Below are positions 59,765 to 64,000 of a DNA stretch of 64,000 bases, in pieces. This DNA is from Fibrobacterales bacterium (GTDB lineage: Bacteria; Fibrobacterota; Fibrobacteria; Fibrobacterales; JAOPTW01): assembly GCA_051532035.1 (NCBI GenBank), contig JAOPTW010000014.1, positions 64,001-128,000 on the forward strand. The letters run 5' to 3'. A program made the position numbers and the translations under genes. How positions within the stretch are numbered: position 1 is the first letter of the stretch; each line of letters opens with the position of its first letter. Below the pieces are notes generated by a model, which had not been told where the DNA came from, searched no databases, and saw nothing but the letters and a program-made list of their open reading frames with translations.

Positions 59765-61600
59765 TTAACGAGAAAGCAACTTATTCAACAGCTTTTTCTG
59801 TCCAAGCTTTTCAAGACTCCGCTGGATCCATTTACGCTCTTCTTTTTTATACCAAAAGAAAAACCGTTTCTGATCTTTTTTCTCATCAGATGACACCGCT
59901 CTATAAACAGGCTCCAAGGTATAAGGGTGATACCCTGAGTAGTAGATCACTGTAGCAACGGTCATTGGAGTCGGCGTAAAATCCTGCACTTGCTCCAATT
60001 TATACCCAAGCTCTTTTGTCTTGAGCGCAAGGTCAGCCATATCTAATAACTGTGACCCAGGGTGACTCGAAATAAAATATGGAATAAGTTGCTGGTTCAG
60101 CCCCGCCTTCTCACAAATAGCATCAAACTTTTTGCTAAACTTTTTAAAAAGCTCGAAACTCGGTTTTCTCATAAGCGTCAACACATCATCAGAGGTGTGT
60201 TCAGGGGCAACCTTAAGCCTTCCTGAGACATGATGCGTTATCACATCCTCCATATACTTGCTTAACCCTTTTTGAGCATCAACACCTTTATTGTCTGTAA
60301 CAAAAAGGTCGTAACGTATACCACTTGTCACAAAAGCTTTTTTAATATCTGGATGCTTTCTTACTTTACTATAGAGATCTACCAATGGGTTGTGATCGAT
60401 ATCAAGATTACTGCATACTTTAGGAAAGACACACGATGGTTTTGCACAGGTATCACAAATATCTTGCTTGATACCTTTCATCTTGTACATATTCGCACTC
60501 GGACCACCAAGGTCTGATATATACCCCTTAAAGTCATCCATCTCTGTAACAGCAGTGACCTCTTTCAATATTGATTTTTCTGATCGACTCGCTATCATCT
60601 TACCTTGATGCGCAGAGATCGTACAAAAACTACAGCCACCAAAGCAGCCCCTATGCATATTGACCGAGTGTTTGATCATCTCGAAAGCAGGAATAACACC
60701 ACGCTTTCGATATTTAGGATGAGGTAATCGAGTATACGGTAGATCAAAAGAACGATCAATCTCTTTTTCATTCATTGTTTTATAAGGTGGATTAATCAAC
60801 AGTATCGAGGAGTCAACCTCTTGCAAAATTCGGCGTGCTTGCTGCTTATTCGATTCTTTCTCAACAATTTTAAAATTTGCAGCATAACTCTTTTTATTCT
60901 GAAGACACTCAGCATGTGATGCAAGCTCAACATCATCCCACCGCTTATTTTTAGGTGGTCCCGCTTCTTTATCTACTAATACCGCTGTTTGTGGAATGGT
61001 CGTGAGAGATTCAAAAGGAACCCCTTTTTTTAACAATCGGGCAATTTCTAAAATTGCATTTTCTCCCATACCATAAGAAAGAAGGTCTGCTCCTGACTCT
61101 TTTAAAATAGTAGGTTTAAGGGAGTCGGACCAGTAATCATAATGGGTAACCCGTCTCAGAGACGCTTCTATCCCCCCAAGAATTACGGGAACATCAGGAT
61201 ACAGTTTTTTTAAAATCTGTGAATAGGTTGCTGCAGCATAATCGGGCCTAAAGCCCGCTTCCCCGCCTGGCGTATAGGCATCATTAGAGCGTTTTCGCTT
61301 ATGCGCCGTGTAATGATTCACCATCGAGTCCATACAGCCAGCCGTCACACCAAAGAAAAGGTTGGGCTGCCCCATTTTTTTAAAATCACGAAGATCATCC
61401 TGCCAGTTTGGCTGAGGTATAATACCAACAGTATAGCCTTTACTCTCGAGAAGCCTCCCTATCACTGCCGCCCCAAAGGAAGGGTGATCTACATAGGCAT
61501 CACCAGAAATTAAAATTATATCAAGTGACTCCCAATTTCGAGCCTTAACCTCTTTTTGTGTGATAGGCAACCACGATTCTAACGTATATCGATGACTCAT
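59765..61600 (-). CDS. ygiQ: YgiQ (UPF0313) family radical SAM protein
   Basis: GDAYVDHPSFG, GGIEASLRR, HRGCFGGCSFC, DLGGPSANMY, LKVAPEH, PYFISSHPG, QVQDFTPTP. Confidence 0.95.
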   Translation of the reverse strand: MSHRYTLESWLPITQKEVKARNWESLDIILISGDAYVDHPSFGAAVIGRLLESKGYTVGIIPQPNWQDDLRDFKKMGQPNLFFGVTAGCMDSMVNHYTAHKRKRSNDAYTPGGEAGFRPDYAAATYSQILKKLYPDVPVILGGIEASLRRVTHYDYWSDSLKPTILKESGADLLSYGMGENAILEIARLLKKGVPFESLTTIPQTAVLVDKEAGPPKNKRWDDVELASHAECLQNKKSYAANFKIVEKESNKQQARRILQEVDSSILLINPPYKTMNEKEIDRSFDLPYTRLPHPKYRKRGVIPAFEMIKHSVNMHRGCFGGCSFCTISAHQGKMIASRSEKSILKEVTAVTEMDDFKGYISDLGGPSANMYKMKGIKQDICDTCAKPSCVFPKVCSNLDIDHNPLVDLYSKVRKHPDIKKAFVTSGIRYDLFVTDNKGVDAQKGLSKYMEDVITHHVSGRLKVAPEHTSDDVLTLMRKPSFELFKKFSKKFDAICEKAGLNQQLIPYFISSHPGSQLLDMADLALKTKELGYKLEQVQDFTPTPMTVATVIYYSGYHPYTLEPVYRAVSSDEKKDQKRFFFWYKKEERKWIQRSLEKLGQKKLLNKLLSR

Positions 61601-61643
61601 AATCCAAACTGAATAGCAAACAGATGACTACAATGTAGCAAAT

Positions 61644-62951
61644 TTAGGAGTTAATTAACTTTTTCGCTCCAGTTAGCTTGACCTTGGACAGGGTTATTAC
61701 AAACGTGCTCCCTTCGCCCGGTACCGATGTAATCCCAAGAGATCCATTATTTTTTCCCAACAACTCCCTACAAAGACGTAGTCCTATACCAGAGCCCGAT
61801 TCGTTTTCGGTCCCCTGAGTCGAGAAAAAAGCGGCCCCCGAAAGTATCCCCTCTATTGCCTCAGCCTCCAAGCCCACTCCCGTGTCTGCAATAGCAATAT
61901 CTACCTCAGTTTCCGAACTAAAACAACTCAAGGTAACAAGCCCACCTTTAGGCGTAAATTTAAGAGCGTTATTAATCATATTACTTAGCACTATTTTTAC
62001 ACTTGCCTTATCTGCAAAAATAGAATTGCTCCCACATGGCTCAATACGCACTGCAATCTCTTTTTCAGTAGCAATTTGCCTATAAGGCGCAAAACTTTCA
62101 GCCACTATTTCACCCACCCCAATACATTCCGCCTCAAGTACTCTGCTGTCTTGCTGGGCTTGAGCCCAGATTAATAAATTTTCGAGAAGCGCATAGACAT
62201 TTGCAGAGTCACGATGAATTTGAATAAAAAGTTCTTTCTTCTCTGAAGCACTATACACCGAATCATTCTCACTCAAGACACCCATAATCCCAACAAGCCC
62301 ACTAAAGGGGCGCTGTAAATCGTGAGCGATCACCGAGAACAACTTGTTTTTTAGAGTGTTAGATTCATCCAACTCCATTCTCTGCTTTTCAATTTTTTCT
62401 AAGGCTTGAATAAGATTTCCATTCACATTTTTTATAACACGCGACACCATATATCCAAAAAAGAGGAAAGCAGCAGCAATAACCAACCACGAAGTTATCT
62501 CGGAATGATAGTTCTCAACATCAACCGAAAAAACGTGATTTCCTATCGTCGCAAGGAGTCCAATGCCCACAATTGAAAGCACCCCTCCCCCCATACACCA
62601 GAGCGCAACGGTTCTCCTGCCAAACGCCATAGCAAGAGTCGTGGAGGTAAAAAGTAAAACCACCCCACCACCGACCAAACCAAATGACAAAAGCCCCAAC
62701 ACCCCACTCACAAATGTAATGGCAAGCATCAAATAGATTTTGACTATTTTTGTAAGTCTTACTCGATACACAACTGCAAATATCACCACAATCACCACAC
62801 AAAGGTGAAATACCATTATATTTTTCCACCCAATCTCAATACTTCGTATTATCGATGCTGAAACTGCAAGACAGGCAACCCAAAGAAAGACTGAAAGTAA
62901 TCGATCAACAAGGGCCTCTTCGCCCTTCTCTATAACTCTAAAGAGCTCCAC
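61644..62951 (-). CDS. Membrane sensor histidine kinase
   Basis: About six N-terminal TM helices; KNKLFSVIAHDL..PF, NMINNALKFT, DTGVG, GSGIGL; GTG 62951 preferred as start. Confidence 0.9.
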   Translation of the reverse strand: MELFRVIEKGEEALVDRLLSVFLWVACLAVSASIIRSIEIGWKNIMVFHLCVVIVVIFAVVYRVRLTKIVKIYLMLAITFVSGVLGLLSFGLVGGGVVLLFTSTTLAMAFGRRTVALWCMGGGVLSIVGIGLLATIGNHVFSVDVENYHSEITSWLVIAAAFLFFGYMVSRVIKNVNGNLIQALEKIEKQRMELDESNTLKNKLFSVIAHDLQRPFSGLVGIMGVLSENDSVYSASEKKELFIQIHRDSANVYALLENLLIWAQAQQDSRVLEAECIGVGEIVAESFAPYRQIATEKEIAVRIEPCGSNSIFADKASVKIVLSNMINNALKFTPKGGLVTLSCFSSETEVDIAIADTGVGLEAEAIEGILSGAAFFSTQGTENESGSGIGLRLCRELLGKNNGSLGITSVPGEGSTFVITLSKVKLTGAKKLINS

Positions 62952-64000
62952 TATACTTACGCCCCCAATATTTTGTATCAAGTGAATGCGGGAGCAACAC
63001 AGAAAATACACTCCCCTCCCCTGGCTCACTAGTGACTGATAGTGAGCCCTCTATTTTTGCAACAAGATCATAACAAATCCCAAGCCCAATCCCCACACCC
63101 TTTTCATTATCTGTCCCGCGCGTAGTTGTATGCATCTCTTGATCAAAGAGCTTCTCAATATAATCTGCCTCCATGCCAACCCCTGTATCGGCGACACGAA
63201 GCTCAACCCCTTTATCCACTTCATGACACGAAATCTTAATAACACCATCATATGGGGTAAATTTAATGGCATTATTAATCAAATTACTCAGCACTATACG
63301 GATTGTTGGCTCATCGACAAAAAGAACTGTCTCATCGAGTAAAAACCGCTGTATTACTACCCCTTTTTTCTCGGCTATTGTCAAATAAGGCGCAACGGCA
63401 TGAGCAACTAATCGCTGCACTCGTACGCTCCCTTTATTTGATTGTCCCTCACCCAACTCTGAACGGGCCCATATTAAGAGATTATCTAATAACCCATAGA
63501 CATTTTGCGTATCATTAAAAATTTTCTCAAGTAAGACCCCTTTCCGCTCATCACTCATCGACCCTTTTCCGTTATGAAAGAGCTGCATTAACCCTAAGAG
63601 GCTATTAAAGGGGCGCTTCATATCATGCCCTATTACCGCAAAAACCTTATTTTTTGCGGCATTAAGCTTCTCCAACTCGACCTTCTGCTGATTTACTACA
63701 AGGAGGTGTTTATAGATCATATCATTCATTGTACGGATAATTAACAGTGCTATTATGCCCCAAATGAGAAGAGAGGTCCCCGAGGAAACCCAAGTAGACA
63801 AACTTTTACTATACACTCCACTATCAACACTAAAAGTGTAGGCCCCAGTGCTCACGAAATACCCGAGTCCATAATAGAGCGCCACCGCAGTCCCTAAAAA
63901 CACCCAACTCAGCACTACTCTATTAAATGCAGAGGCAATAATAACCAGAAAAATAAATACCATCGACACATCTGACACTATCCCAAACGTAAATAGCCCG
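62938..64000 (-). CDS. Membrane sensor histidine kinase, paralog of 61644..62951 (5' end beyond the window)
   Basis: Frame stays open to the window edge (GLFTFGIVSD); KNKVFAVIGHDMKRPF, NLINNAIKFT, DTGVG, GVGIGL. Confidence 0.9.
   Translation of the reverse strand, partial: GLFTFGIVSDVSMVFIFLVIIASAFNRVVLSWVFLGTAVALYYGLGYFVSTGAYTFSVDSGVYSKSLSTWVSSGTSLLIWGIIALLIIRTMNDMIYKHLLVVNQQKVELEKLNAAKNKVFAVIGHDMKRPFNSLLGLMQLFHNGKGSMSDERKGVLLEKIFNDTQNVYGLLDNLLIWARSELGEGQSNKGSVRVQRLVAHAVAPYLTIAEKKGVVIQRFLLDETVLFVDEPTIRIVLSNLINNAIKFTPYDGVIKISCHEVDKGVELRVADTGVGMEADYIEKLFDQEMHTTTRGTDNEKGVGIGLGICYDLVAKIEGSLSVTSEPGEGSVFSVLLPHSLDTKYWGRKYSGAL

Noticed and set aside
1..64000. Mobile elements, prophage, CRISPR-Cas, known anti-phage systems, rRNA or tRNA
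   Set aside because: No transposase, integrase, phage structural, cas or recognisable defence genes, and no tRNA or rRNA signatures in the intergenic gaps.

Overview
An AT-rich bacterial chromosomal window, most likely from a motile member of Fibrobacterota (a FISUMP-domain lipoprotein, Ser-rich lipoproteins, two chemoreceptors and two FapA/DUF342 proteins). Genes run on the minus strand from 1 to 26.6 kb: two MCPs, a Zn/Mn ABC importer, a histone-H1-like/CBM48 fusion, FapA-HK-RR-FapA, an ABC exporter with a patatin-barrel protein, rhodanese with CoA-persulfide reductase, and parE-parC. They run on the plus strand from 27.0 to 51.0 kb: a DUF3683 oxidoreductase, a HAD hydrolase, a sigma70/LD-peptidase/coiled-coil/Rel operon, EF-G, DJ-1, nifU-like-sufBCDS and two carbohydrate-binding lipoproteins. 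The last 13 kb is mixed: a TPR protein, an RNase T2 homolog, a VTC-DUF4956-DUF2490-CotH operon, a collagen-FISUMP lipoprotein, ygiQ and tandem histidine kinases. I found no rRNA, tRNA, CRISPR array, IS element or prophage. The best candidates for undescribed biology are (1) the envelope-spanning polyphosphate-polymerase (VTC) operon, whose CotH partner looks like a pseudokinase; (2) the operon joining an alternative sigma70, a Csd6/Pgp2-like peptidase, a coiled-coil protein with a 31-residue period, and Rel; (3) exported RNase T2 and patatin homologs that have lost catalytic residues; and (4) the histone-like/glycogen-binding fusion. All family assignments come from motif recognition by eye; no database searches were run.
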